A stretch of 32,000 nt of DNA, from positions 5,040,001 through 5,072,000 of the forward strand of contig NZ_CP042911.1 of assembly GCF_008065095.1 (NCBI RefSeq), read 5' to 3'. The notes below the pieces were generated by a model. That model did not search any database. It worked only from the letters and a program-made list of their open reading frames with translations, and was not told the DNA's origin. The DNA is from Gemmata obscuriglobus. GTDB lineage: Bacteria; Planctomycetota; Planctomycetia; Gemmatales; Gemmataceae. Each line of letters begins with the position of its first letter. Position 1 is the stretch's first letter. The translations under genes were made by a program, and so were the position numbers. Shown piece by piece: positions 1-7,796 of the stretch.

Positions 1-581
1 TTGATCGCCAGATCGGCGCCGAGTTCGCGCGCCAGCGCGGCCTTCTCTTCGCTCCCAACGGTGCAAATCACCTTCGCGCCAACCGCCTTTGCCATTTGCA
101 CGACCATCGAGCCAACGCCCCCGGTGCCACCGTTCACGAATACGGTCTCGCCATGCGTCAGTTTCGCACGGTGAAACAGACCGAGGTGTGCGGTAATGCC
201 CACCAGCGCGGCAGCCGCAGCCTGCTCATCCGTCACGCTCGCTGGCGTGGGGTACGCCCATTTCTCCTCGACGCACACGAACTCGGCACACGTACCGTGC
301 CGGCCCAGCAACCCCTGGTTACTTCCCCAGACCCGGTCCCCGACCCTGAACTTCCCCCCTGGTCCAACCGCGTCGACAACGCCGGCGAAATCGGTGCCCG
401 TGATCGCCGGCCTGGGCAGTGGCATGGGGGCCGCGCCGCTCCGAATGTACGTGTCGATCGGGTTGATGCCCGCGGCCAGCACTTTTACCCGAAGCTCCCC
501 CGCCCGGGGGTCAGGTGTCGGCACGTCACCAAAGCGGATCACGTCGGGTGCGCCGGTGGTGTCGAAGTAAGCGGCTTTCAT
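1..581 (-). CDS. NADPH:quinone oxidoreductase / zinc-type alcohol dehydrogenase-like protein (MDR superfamily); 3' end cut by window edge
   Basis: Absent from the ORF track because it runs off the edge. Reverse complement from the ATG at 581 reads MKAAYFDTTGAPDVIRFGDVPTPDP..ELRVKVLAAGINPIDTYIRSGAAPMP. Further on it reads FVNGGTGGVGSMV, a Rossmann GxxGxxG motif. This is a typical Qor/MDR N-terminal architecture. Confidence 0.8.
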   Translation of the reverse strand, partial: MKAAYFDTTGAPDVIRFGDVPTPDPRAGELRVKVLAAGINPIDTYIRSGAAPMPLPRPAITGTDFAGVVDAVGPGGKFRVGDRVWGSNQGLLGRHGTCAEFVCVEEKWAYPTPASVTDEQAAAAALVGITAHLGLFHRAKLTHGETVFVNGGTGGVGSMVVQMAKAVGAKVICTVGSEEKAALARELGADLAI

Positions 582-705
582 TGCGCGTGCCCTCTCGTTC
601 GTGTGCGGGACGGTGCGATCCCCGGCCAAAGCTTCACCCTATTTACAGGGCGGCCCGATAGAATAGCCGTTCTCCTCCGTCCTTTCTCCCGAGGAGCCGA
701 GCGCG

Positions 706-1605
706 ATGAACACGTCACCCGAGACGCTCGTCGAATACGGTCGGGCAATCGACGGCCACCAAATGGTAGAGCCGCCGGACGTGACCGCACTAGAACTCGA
801 ACCCAATCACCCCGGCGAACACGACGCCGAGTACGTCGCGCGCCGGCAGTACCTTTTTGACCTCACGCGAAGGCACAGGCTTGAGCGCCTCGGTCCGCCA
901 CTGATCGATTACACCGCCGAAGAAACTCGCGTGTGGCGTGAGGTCGCACCGAAGCTGCACGAACTGCACGACAAGTACGCGTGTGCCCTCTACCTCCGTG
1001 CGAAAGACGAACTTGCGATCACGGAAACCGAAATCCCCCAACTGAAAACTATCAGCGACCGCCTCGCGTGCGAAACGCAAATGCACCTAGTTCCGGCAGA
1101 GGGTGCGCTGCCGTACCGCACGTTCTACCAGTACATTGCCGGCCGCGGGTTCCCGGTCACGCAGTTCATCCGGCACGGTTCGCACCCGGAATTCACGCCG
1201 GAGCCGGACATGATCCACGACTGTCTGGGGCACGTGCCGCCCGTCATGAACCGGGATTACGCGGAGCTTCTGACGCTGATCGGCAAGGCCGCCGCGGCCA
1301 CCCCGCACGGCGACCAAGTGCTGGCGCTGAAGCGGTTCAGTTGGTTCAGCATCGAGTTCGGGCTGATCGAGGAGGCGGGCGAGGTAAAAGTGTTCGGCGC
1401 CGGCATCCTGTCGAGTACCGGCGAGATTCCGCACGCGCTGTTCTCACCGAGCGCAACCCGGCACCCGTTCGTAACGGACACGGTCATCGCCACGGACTAC
1501 GACCCGTCGCAGATGCAGAAGGACTTTTTCGTCGCGCCGTCGCTACTGTTCCTCCGGCGCGAGTTGGAAGCACTGGTCCGGCGGTTCGGTATACCTGTTC
1601 TCTGA
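706..1605 (+). CDS. phhA: phenylalanine 4-hydroxylase (biopterin-dependent aromatic amino acid hydroxylase)
   Basis: 299-aa ORF. PDMIHDCLGHVPP carries the iron-binding His pair, and SIEFGLIEE..KVFGAGILSS is typical of bacterial PhhA. GAGGAG lies 9 nt upstream of the ATG. Confidence 0.9.
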   Translation: MNTSPETLVEYGRAIDGHQMVEPPDVTALELEPNHPGEHDAEYVARRQYLFDLTRRHRLERLGPPLIDYTAEETRVWREVAPKLHELHDKYACALYLRAKDELAITETEIPQLKTISDRLACETQMHLVPAEGALPYRTFYQYIAGRGFPVTQFIRHGSHPEFTPEPDMIHDCLGHVPPVMNRDYAELLTLIGKAAAATPHGDQVLALKRFSWFSIEFGLIEEAGEVKVFGAGILSSTGEIPHALFSPSATRHPFVTDTVIATDYDPSQMQKDFFVAPSLLFLRRELEALVRRFGIPVL

Positions 1606-1675
1606 TCGCTGTTTTGTATTCGGTCCCCATCTCGCGAGGCGATGGGACCAGCCCTAACTAACCACCACACCTCCA

Positions 1676-2776
1676 ATGGCAGACATTCCGCTCCGGAAGA
1701 TCGATCACGTCCGGTTCTTCGTCGGCAACGCGCGACAGAGCGCGTTCTTCTACCGGAACGCGTTCGGCTTCGACGTGGTCGCCTACGCCGGCCTCGAAAC
1801 CAAGGTGAAGCACGAGGCGGGATACGTCCTCAAGCAGGGCGAGATCACGTTCGTGCTCACCTCGCCGCTGTCCGAACAGCACCCGGAGAGCCGGCGGCTC
1901 GTGACCCACGGCGACGGCGTGATGGACATCGCGCTGGACGTGCCGAACGTGCGCGAAGCCTACGAGGAAGCGGTCCGCCGTGGCGCCAAAGGAGTGCGGC
2001 CCCCGGAAGCTCTCGAGGACGAGCACGGGGTGTTCGAGACCGCGGGCATCCTGGCTTACGGCGACACGACGCACACGTTCATCAACCGCGACCGCTACAA
2101 GGGCGCGTTCGCCCCGGGCTTCAAGCCGATGGCGCCGGACCGCTACCACCCGAGCACGGCGCGGCCCGTGGGGTTCGCGGCGATCGACCACCTGGTGGCG
2201 AACGTCGAAGAAGGCAAGATGGACGAATGGGTGAGCTTCTACCGGAACGTGCTCGGGTTCAACCAGCTCGTGTCGTTCGACGACAAGGACATCAGCACCG
2301 AGTACTCCGCACTCATGTCGAAGGTGGTGCAGAACGGCACGGGACGGATCAAGTTCCCGATTAACGAGCCGGCCCAGGCCAAGCGCCGCAGCCAGATCGA
2401 CGAGTACCTCCAGTATTACGGCGGCCCGGGGGTCCAGCACATCGCGCTGATCACCGGCGACATCGTCAAAACCGTCCGGGCGATGCGGGCCAACGACGTG
2501 TCGTTCCTGCGCGTCCCGCAGGCCTATTACGACGCGCTGGCCGACCGGGTCGGGGACATCAAGGAGGACATTCAAGAGCTGGCGGAGCTGGGCATCCTCG
2601 TGGACCGCGACGACGAAGGGTACATGCTCCAGATCTTCACCAAGCCGGTGGCCGACCGCCCGACGCTGTTCTTCGAGGTGATCCAGCGGCGCGGGTCCAA
2701 GAGCTTCGGTAAGGGGAACTTCAAGGCGCTGTTCGAGGCCATCGAGCGCGAGCAAGAACTCCGCGGAACGCTCTAA
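1676..2776 (+). CDS. hppD: 4-hydroxyphenylpyruvate dioxygenase
   Basis: 366-aa ORF with two VOC-fold halves. IDHVRFFVGNA is at the N-terminus. The C-terminal signature is GVQHIAL..LQIFTKP..RPTLFFEVIQRRGSKSFGKGNFKALFEAIEREQ. Confidence 0.95.
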   Translation: MADIPLRKIDHVRFFVGNARQSAFFYRNAFGFDVVAYAGLETKVKHEAGYVLKQGEITFVLTSPLSEQHPESRRLVTHGDGVMDIALDVPNVREAYEEAVRRGAKGVRPPEALEDEHGVFETAGILAYGDTTHTFINRDRYKGAFAPGFKPMAPDRYHPSTARPVGFAAIDHLVANVEEGKMDEWVSFYRNVLGFNQLVSFDDKDISTEYSALMSKVVQNGTGRIKFPINEPAQAKRRSQIDEYLQYYGGPGVQHIALITGDIVKTVRAMRANDVSFLRVPQAYYDALADRVGDIKEDIQELAELGILVDRDDEGYMLQIFTKPVADRPTLFFEVIQRRGSKSFGKGNFKALFEAIEREQELRGTL

Positions 2777-2798
2777 AAGTTAGTCGCGGTATGGTTTT

Positions 2799-2884
2799 AT
2801 CCCGTGATTACGAAGACAGATTTTGACAGGATGAACGCGATCAAGCAAATCGACCCGAGATCCTGTTTATCCTGTCAATCCTGC
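2799..2884. repeat. heptamer array / inverted repeat between convergent genes
   Basis: ATCCTGT, ATCCTGT and ATCCTGC start at 2860, 2869 and 2878, an exact 9-bp phasing. An inverted copy ACAGGAT lies at 2826-2832 and ATCCCGT at 2799-2805. TTGACAGGATGAAC (2823-2836) and GTTTATCCTGTCAA (2865-2878) form a 13/14 inverted repeat. Confidence 0.6.
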
Positions 2885-3030
2885 CCGCGTTAGTGGCACA
2901 CGCGCTCGCCTCGGGCGGGTCGTGGCACCCCGCGCGAGCTTCATTCCGCCACGGGTTCTCAAGCGCAATCGGTTGCGACTTAGCCCGGAACGCTTCGGCG
3001 ACAAGCGGCAGTCTCAATTGCCAGCATCGC

Positions 3031-3999
3031 TCACCCGGAGGCGGCCAGCAAGCTCGTCACAAGCGCGTAGGCAAGGGCCGCCAAGGCGGCCCCACAGGGG
3101 ACGGTACTGACCCACGCGAGCAGGATCTCACCCGCCTTGCGCCAGTGTACCCGTCCGGTCGCCGCGCCCATCCCGCATAGCGACCCGACGCTCACGTGCG
3201 TGGTGCTTACAGGTAAGCTGTGCAGGCTGGCGGTGGTCACGAGGCCCGCGGTCACCAGACTGGCCGCGAACCCTTGGCCGGGGTTCATGTCCGTGACCTT
3301 CTTGCCGAGCGTTTCGGCCACGCGGGTGATGTCCAGTAGTCCACCTGCCGCGACCACAAACGCAACGATCACAATTCCTTCCCGGGGACCGATGGCAGGC
3401 ACGGCTACCATCAGGGCCGCCATCTTCGGCGTATCGTTCAGCCCGCGCGCGAAGCTGGCCGCGCCGGCGCTGAGAAAGTGCAACACGTCGAGCGGACGCG
3501 ACCGGCGGTCCGGCATGAGTCGCCCGCCTCGCAGAATCAGATACGCCGCGGCCCCGGCCAGCGCCGCGACCACCGGGCTAAAGAACAGCGGGTACAGGAA
3601 CTGCGTTCCCAGCGCACCGATCCGAACGTCGCCACCGCCGGCCAGTCCCGCGCCCACGAGGGCGCCAACCAGTGCGTGGGTGGTGGAGACCGGAAACCCG
3701 AACCGCGTGGCCAGGAAGCTGGTGAGCGCCGTGCCCAGCGCAACGGCGCAGACGAAGTGTCGCGAGGCGACCAACTCATCCGGAACGACCCCGCGCCCGC
3801 GGAACGCGAGCAGCATGTTCTCGGAGAGGAGCAGCGCGGCGAGCGAACCCGCGAACGTGGTCGCGGTGCCCCACAGCGCCGCCGCGCGGAGCGTCGTCGT
3901 CCCGCTCCCGTACAGCGAGGCCACGCCCTTGAAGTTGGCGTTGGCCCCGTTCGTAAACGCCACGGAACAAGCCGCGAAGAACAGAAGCGCGAGCAGCAT
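3031..3999 (-). CDS. PiT-family (PHO4) inorganic anion permease (phosphate/sulfate type)
   Basis: 322-aa polytopic membrane protein. The duplicated family motif appears as NGANANFKGVA near the N-terminus and RGLNDTPKMAA in the second half. It starts 6 nt after the rhodanese stop. Confidence 0.7.
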   Translation of the reverse strand: MLLALLFFAACSVAFTNGANANFKGVASLYGSGTTTLRAAALWGTATTFAGSLAALLLSENMLLAFRGRGVVPDELVASRHFVCAVALGTALTSFLATRFGFPVSTTHALVGALVGAGLAGGGDVRIGALGTQFLYPLFFSPVVAALAGAAAYLILRGGRLMPDRRSRPLDVLHFLSAGAASFARGLNDTPKMAALMVAVPAIGPREGIVIVAFVVAAGGLLDITRVAETLGKKVTDMNPGQGFAASLVTAGLVTTASLHSLPVSTTHVSVGSLCGMGAATGRVHWRKAGEILLAWVSTVPCGAALAALAYALVTSLLAASG

Positions 4000-4005
4000 G
4001 ACGGC

Positions 4006-4938
4006 CTACTTGGTCTTGTTCTCTTTCGTCTCGGCCGGGTGCTGCTTGAGGTGGGCGTACTCTTTCCACGAGCCCTCGTACAGCCGCACGTTCGGGTACT
4101 TGGCGACGTGCTTCAGGTAGAACCGCAGCAGGCTCCCCTCGCGGGACGTGCCGCAGTACACCAGGATCTCTTTATCCGCCGTCAGCCCGGCCGCTTCCAG
4201 TTCCGCCTTCACCTTCTCGAACGGCAGGAACTTGTGGGTGTTGTCCGGCTCCATGAGCCGCGCCCAGTGGAAGCTGATGGCGCCGGGGATGTGCCCCTTC
4301 CGCACCCAGATGTCGTCGTTGCCCAGGTACTCGTTGTGCGGCCGGGCGTCCGCCAGGACCGCCGTCGGCTTCCGCTTCAGGACATCGTCCACGGTCGCCG
4401 CGATTTCCGGGTGGCCCTTCTCGGGCAGCGCGCCCTTGGGGTTGCCGAAGTACTCCTGCGTGACCGGCAGTTTCTGCTTGGACCACTCGGGGAGCCCGCC
4501 GTCCACGATGCGGATGTGCTCGACCCCGAACTTCTCCAGCACGTAGGCCACCATGCTGGCGCTCAGGATCTCGTCGTTCGGCAGTTTGTCGCCGGTCGCG
4601 TAGATCAGATGCAACCGGCCCTTGTCCACCCCGGCGCGGACCAGCAGCACCTTGGTCAGGTCGTCGGGCAGGTACTGCACCGGAACCCCGCCGTCGGTGC
4701 CCCGGAGCGTGTCGAAGTTCAGGTGGTGCGCGGTCGGCAGGTGCCCGCGGAAGTAGTCCTTGTACCCGCCGCGTGTGTCCAGCACGATCGGCCGCTTGGC
4801 CGCGTCGGGGTTCTCGATCAGCTTCTTCGCCTCGGCCGGCGAGATGATTCCGATGTCGGCGCGGGCCGCCCCGGGCAACGCCAGAACCGCGGCCACAACG
4901 AGCAGCCGGGAAAACGAAACGGACCTGAGCAGTTGCAT
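4006..4938 (-). CDS. secreted tandem-rhodanese sulfurtransferase (thiosulfate sulfurtransferase-like)
   Basis: 310 aa. Signal peptide MQLLRSVSFSRLLVVAAVLALPGAARA. Two rhodanese-like halves are present. The active-site loop is VYCGTSREGS in the C-terminal domain. Confidence 0.85.
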   Translation of the reverse strand: MQLLRSVSFSRLLVVAAVLALPGAARADIGIISPAEAKKLIENPDAAKRPIVLDTRGGYKDYFRGHLPTAHHLNFDTLRGTDGGVPVQYLPDDLTKVLLVRAGVDKGRLHLIYATGDKLPNDEILSASMVAYVLEKFGVEHIRIVDGGLPEWSKQKLPVTQEYFGNPKGALPEKGHPEIAATVDDVLKRKPTAVLADARPHNEYLGNDDIWVRKGHIPGAISFHWARLMEPDNTHKFLPFEKVKAELEAAGLTADKEILVYCGTSREGSLLRFYLKHVAKYPNVRLYEGSWKEYAHLKQHPAETKENKTK

Positions 4939-5244
4939 GAGCGCGCGGCCTCCACCGTCGTGACACCAGCCCTGGTGACAAGGTATCGGAGCGGGCGGAG
5001 GTGACCAGCCTCATGTTCCCGGGCTCAGAGCTCGAGCGGCACCCGGGCGCACGCCCCCCACGATGCGATCGGACGGTCTGCCGCCAGTTCCGCGTGCGGC
5101 ACCTTCTGCGAGGGGACGTGAAACCCGAACGGCCGGTATGCTTGCGCGATTCGCCTTTGCCCCGGGCGCGTCGAACGCCATAATCACATGGCCATTTCCA
5201 GTTCCTGTGCGAGCCCGCCCGGCCGCCGCCACCGAGTCGCTCCC

Positions 5245-5958
5245 ATGCCGGCCCCGTTCCCGGTCGCGTCGCTGCGAGACTTTTACGCGTTCGAGCAGCA
5301 CGTCAAAACGTGCCGCGGGCACCGCGGGTTGGGAATGGTGCCGCAGTGGTACGAGGTGCCCGTCTTCTACTTCTCGAACCCCGCCGCGGTCATCGGAGAT
5401 GCTGACCCCGTTTGGGCTCCGCAGGGCAGTTCCGCACTCGACTACGAACTGGAGCTGGCGTGCGTGATCGGGGCGTCCGCGCGCGACCTGCCCGCGGACG
5501 ACGCGGCGCTCGACTGCGTGGCCGGGTTCACGATCATGAACGACTGGTCCGCACGCGACCTTCAGCGGGCGGAAATGGCGGTCGGGCTCGGACCGTCCAA
5601 AAGTAAGGATTTTGCCACCTCGCTCGGACCGCGACTCGTCCCGTTTGCCGACCTCCGAGAAGCATATCGCGACGGCCGGTTGTACCTCGCGATGACCGCG
5701 AGCGTCAACGGAAAGGTGTATTCGAGCGGCAACGCGGGTAGCATGTACTGGACGTGGCCGCAACTCCTGGCCCACGCGAGCCGCGACGCCGAGTTGCGCC
5801 CCGGCGACGTGATCGGCAGCGGCACCGTGGGGACCGGGTGCATTCTGGAGCTGACCCCCGAGGCCGTCGGGGGGTGGCTCCGACCGGGCGACGTTGTGGA
5901 ACTGTGCGTCGAGCGCCTGGGCTCGCTGCGAAACACTGTTGCGGAGCGTCCATCTTGA
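5245..5958 (+). CDS. fumarylacetoacetate hydrolase (FAH) family protein
   Basis: SLRDFYAFEQHV is at the N-terminus. GFTIMNDWSARDLQ, GPSKSKDFATSLGP and GDVIGSGTVGTG are FAH-fold motifs. The start could instead be the ATG at 5188. Confidence 0.85.
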   Translation: MPAPFPVASLRDFYAFEQHVKTCRGHRGLGMVPQWYEVPVFYFSNPAAVIGDADPVWAPQGSSALDYELELACVIGASARDLPADDAALDCVAGFTIMNDWSARDLQRAEMAVGLGPSKSKDFATSLGPRLVPFADLREAYRDGRLYLAMTASVNGKVYSSGNAGSMYWTWPQLLAHASRDAELRPGDVIGSGTVGTGCILELTPEAVGGWLRPGDVVELCVERLGSLRNTVAERPS

Positions 5959-6344
5959 CTTACGCTGAGCAGCTCGCGGAACTCACTGTAACGGACATTT
6001 TGCTCGGGGCGCGGGTCGCTCCGCTGCGCAACCTCGAAGCGATCCTGAAGTGGGCACCGGGTGCGGGGATCGACTTCGCCAGGATCGACTTGGTTCAACA
6101 GGACGAGTACAGCTACGACCTGCTGCTCCCGCTCCCCGATTCGCGCTGGCTGAACTTCGGTGTGTCCTGATTCGGTGAACTGGCGGCGGTCGCCGTCTGG
6201 GATCACAAACCGAGTGCCGACGAACTGCTCGCGCGGCGCGTCCGCCTCGGCTGGGTGCCAACCTGTTCGCTCCTCAAGAACGGCCCAACGGTGCTCGGCC
6301 ACGCGTCCTCGCTCGGCCGGGCGCCTGAACGCCACGGGTCGTAA
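5955..6344 (+). CDS. hypothetical protein whose frame continues through an in-frame TGA at 6168-6170 (candidate Sec/readthrough or disrupted gene); the strict ORF is 5955..6170
   Basis: The TTG start overlaps the FAH stop (tTGA), with GGAG 8 nt upstream. The same frame stays open and coding-like for 57 codons after the TGA, to the TAA at 6342-6344. No family recognised. Confidence 0.4.
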
Positions 6345-6392
6345 TGTCCGCGACAGTTCGACCTACGCTCTGACGACTTGGGACCCGAAGAA

Positions 6393-7559
6393 ATGCAATA
6401 CCTCTCCCGCGGCAGCGTCCCGAAAAAGCGTCACACGCGGCACCGGACCGACCCCGGCTTTAAGGGCGAGGGCCTGTACTACGAAGAGGTCATCACCACG
6501 CAGGGGTTCTCGCGGGCGCACTCGTTCGCGTACCACCTGCGCCCGCCGACACGCGTGAAGCACGTTGAATCGGCAGGCATTCAGTCGATCGAAGTCGCCC
6601 CGCAAGACGTGTTGCGGCACCACCACCTCAAAAGCAGCGCGATGCCCGCAGGCGGTGATCCGGTCTCTGGTCGCGTCCCGATGTTGACCAACGCCGATGT
6701 CACGCTCTGGCGGTGCCGCCCGACGCAGCCTCAGGCCGAACTGTTCCGCAACGCGCTCGCGGACGAACTCGTCTTCGTTCACAGGGGGGCGGGCCGGTTG
6801 CTAACCCACTTCGGAGTGCTGCCGTTCAAGCCCTTCGATTACGTGCTGATCCCGCGCTGCACCACTTACAAGCTCGAATTCGATCCCGGCGTGCAACCCG
6901 ATCTACTGGTGATCGAGTCCGCGGGCACAATTAACATCCCGCCCAAGTACCTGAACCACGACGGCCAACTGCGGCTCGGCGCGCCGTACTGCGAGCGCGA
7001 CCTGCACGGCCCTACCGACCTGCTCGTCATCGACGAAGAGAGAGACACCCCGGTCCTCATCAAGGACGGCACCCGGCTGTCGCGATACGTGCTCGCGAGC
7101 CACCCCTTCGATGTCGTCGGCTGGGACGGGCTCGTGTACCCGTTCACATTTAACGCCGACGACTTCGAGCCGATCACCGGGACGATCCACCAGCCGCCGC
7201 CGATCCATCTGACGTTCGAAACGTCGGGGTTCGTGGTCTGCACGTTCGCGCCGCGGGTGCTCGACACGCACCCCGAGGCGATCAAGGTTCCGTACGCGCA
7301 CAGCAACGTCGAAAGCGACGAGGTGCTGTACTACGTGCGCGGCAAATTCGGGTCGCGCCGCGGCGTGGAAGAAGCGTCGTTCACGCTGCACCCGCACGGC
7401 ATCCCGCACGGGCCACACCCCGGTACGATTGTCGCCAGCCGGGATGTGAAGTGGACCGACGAACTGGCCGTCATGGTGGACACGTTCCGACCCCTATTTG
7501 TGACCAAACAGGCGATGGAACTGGACGAGCCGAAGTACCCGTACTCGTGGCTGGACTGA
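6393..7559 (+). CDS. hmgA: homogentisate 1,2-dioxygenase (short bacterial type)
   Basis: MQYLSRGSVPKKRHT...YYEEVITTQGFS..S.AYHLRPPTRV resembles the N-terminus of the ~390-aa HmgA group. A cupin core and LHPHGIPHGPHPG follow. The ORF-track start (TTG 6378) is probably too early. Confidence 0.8.
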   Translation: MQYLSRGSVPKKRHTRHRTDPGFKGEGLYYEEVITTQGFSRAHSFAYHLRPPTRVKHVESAGIQSIEVAPQDVLRHHHLKSSAMPAGGDPVSGRVPMLTNADVTLWRCRPTQPQAELFRNALADELVFVHRGAGRLLTHFGVLPFKPFDYVLIPRCTTYKLEFDPGVQPDLLVIESAGTINIPPKYLNHDGQLRLGAPYCERDLHGPTDLLVIDEERDTPVLIKDGTRLSRYVLASHPFDVVGWDGLVYPFTFNADDFEPITGTIHQPPPIHLTFETSGFVVCTFAPRVLDTHPEAIKVPYAHSNVESDEVLYYVRGKFGSRRGVEEASFTLHPHGIPHGPHPGTIVASRDVKWTDELAVMVDTFRPLFVTKQAMELDEPKYPYSWLD

Positions 7560-7644
7560 AGATAAAGAAGAAGCAGAGTGGCCACAAAGAAGCACAAAAC
7601 GCACAAGCCAAGCCCGGTTGAAGAGCATCGGTAATTGGGAGCAC

Positions 7645-7710
7645 TACCCGCCGGCTGACACCGGCGGTTCGACCGTGGCTCGTCGAACCGCCGGTGTCAG
7701 CCGGCGGGTA
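7645..7710. repeat. perfect 29-bp-arm palindrome (terminator/REP-like element)
   Basis: TACCCGCCGGCTGACACCGGCGGTTCGAC (7645-7673), an 8-nt loop, then the exact reverse complement (7682-7710). Each arm also contains its own CGCCGG-N6-CCGGCG hairpin. Confidence 0.9.
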
Positions 7711-7796
7711 CAACCGACGCCGCTGCCTTGCGGTTTCTCTCGTGCTTTTTTTGCTTCTTCGCAGCGGTTCTGCCTTCGCACCTACTCGGAAGCTCT

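Noticed and set aside
1658-2755. 365-aa minus-strand ORF
   Set aside because: It mirrors hppD, whose identity is unambiguous on the plus strand.
3478-5004. 508-aa plus-strand ORF
   Set aside because: It is antisense to the well-supported PiT and rhodanese genes. Its Arg/Gly/Gln/Pro-rich low-complexity translation is typical of shadow ORFs in high-GC DNA.
6160-6558. 132-aa plus-strand ORF overlapping the small-ORF tail and the hmgA start
   Set aside because: The translation is Arg/Ser/Thr-rich and the codon-position G/C pattern is wrong (position 2 is G/C-rich). The neighbouring frame looks coding instead.
7645-7710. GGTTCGA T-loop-like motif suggesting a tRNA
   Set aside because: The sequence is a perfect palindrome. 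It has no acceptor, D or anticodon arm geometry.
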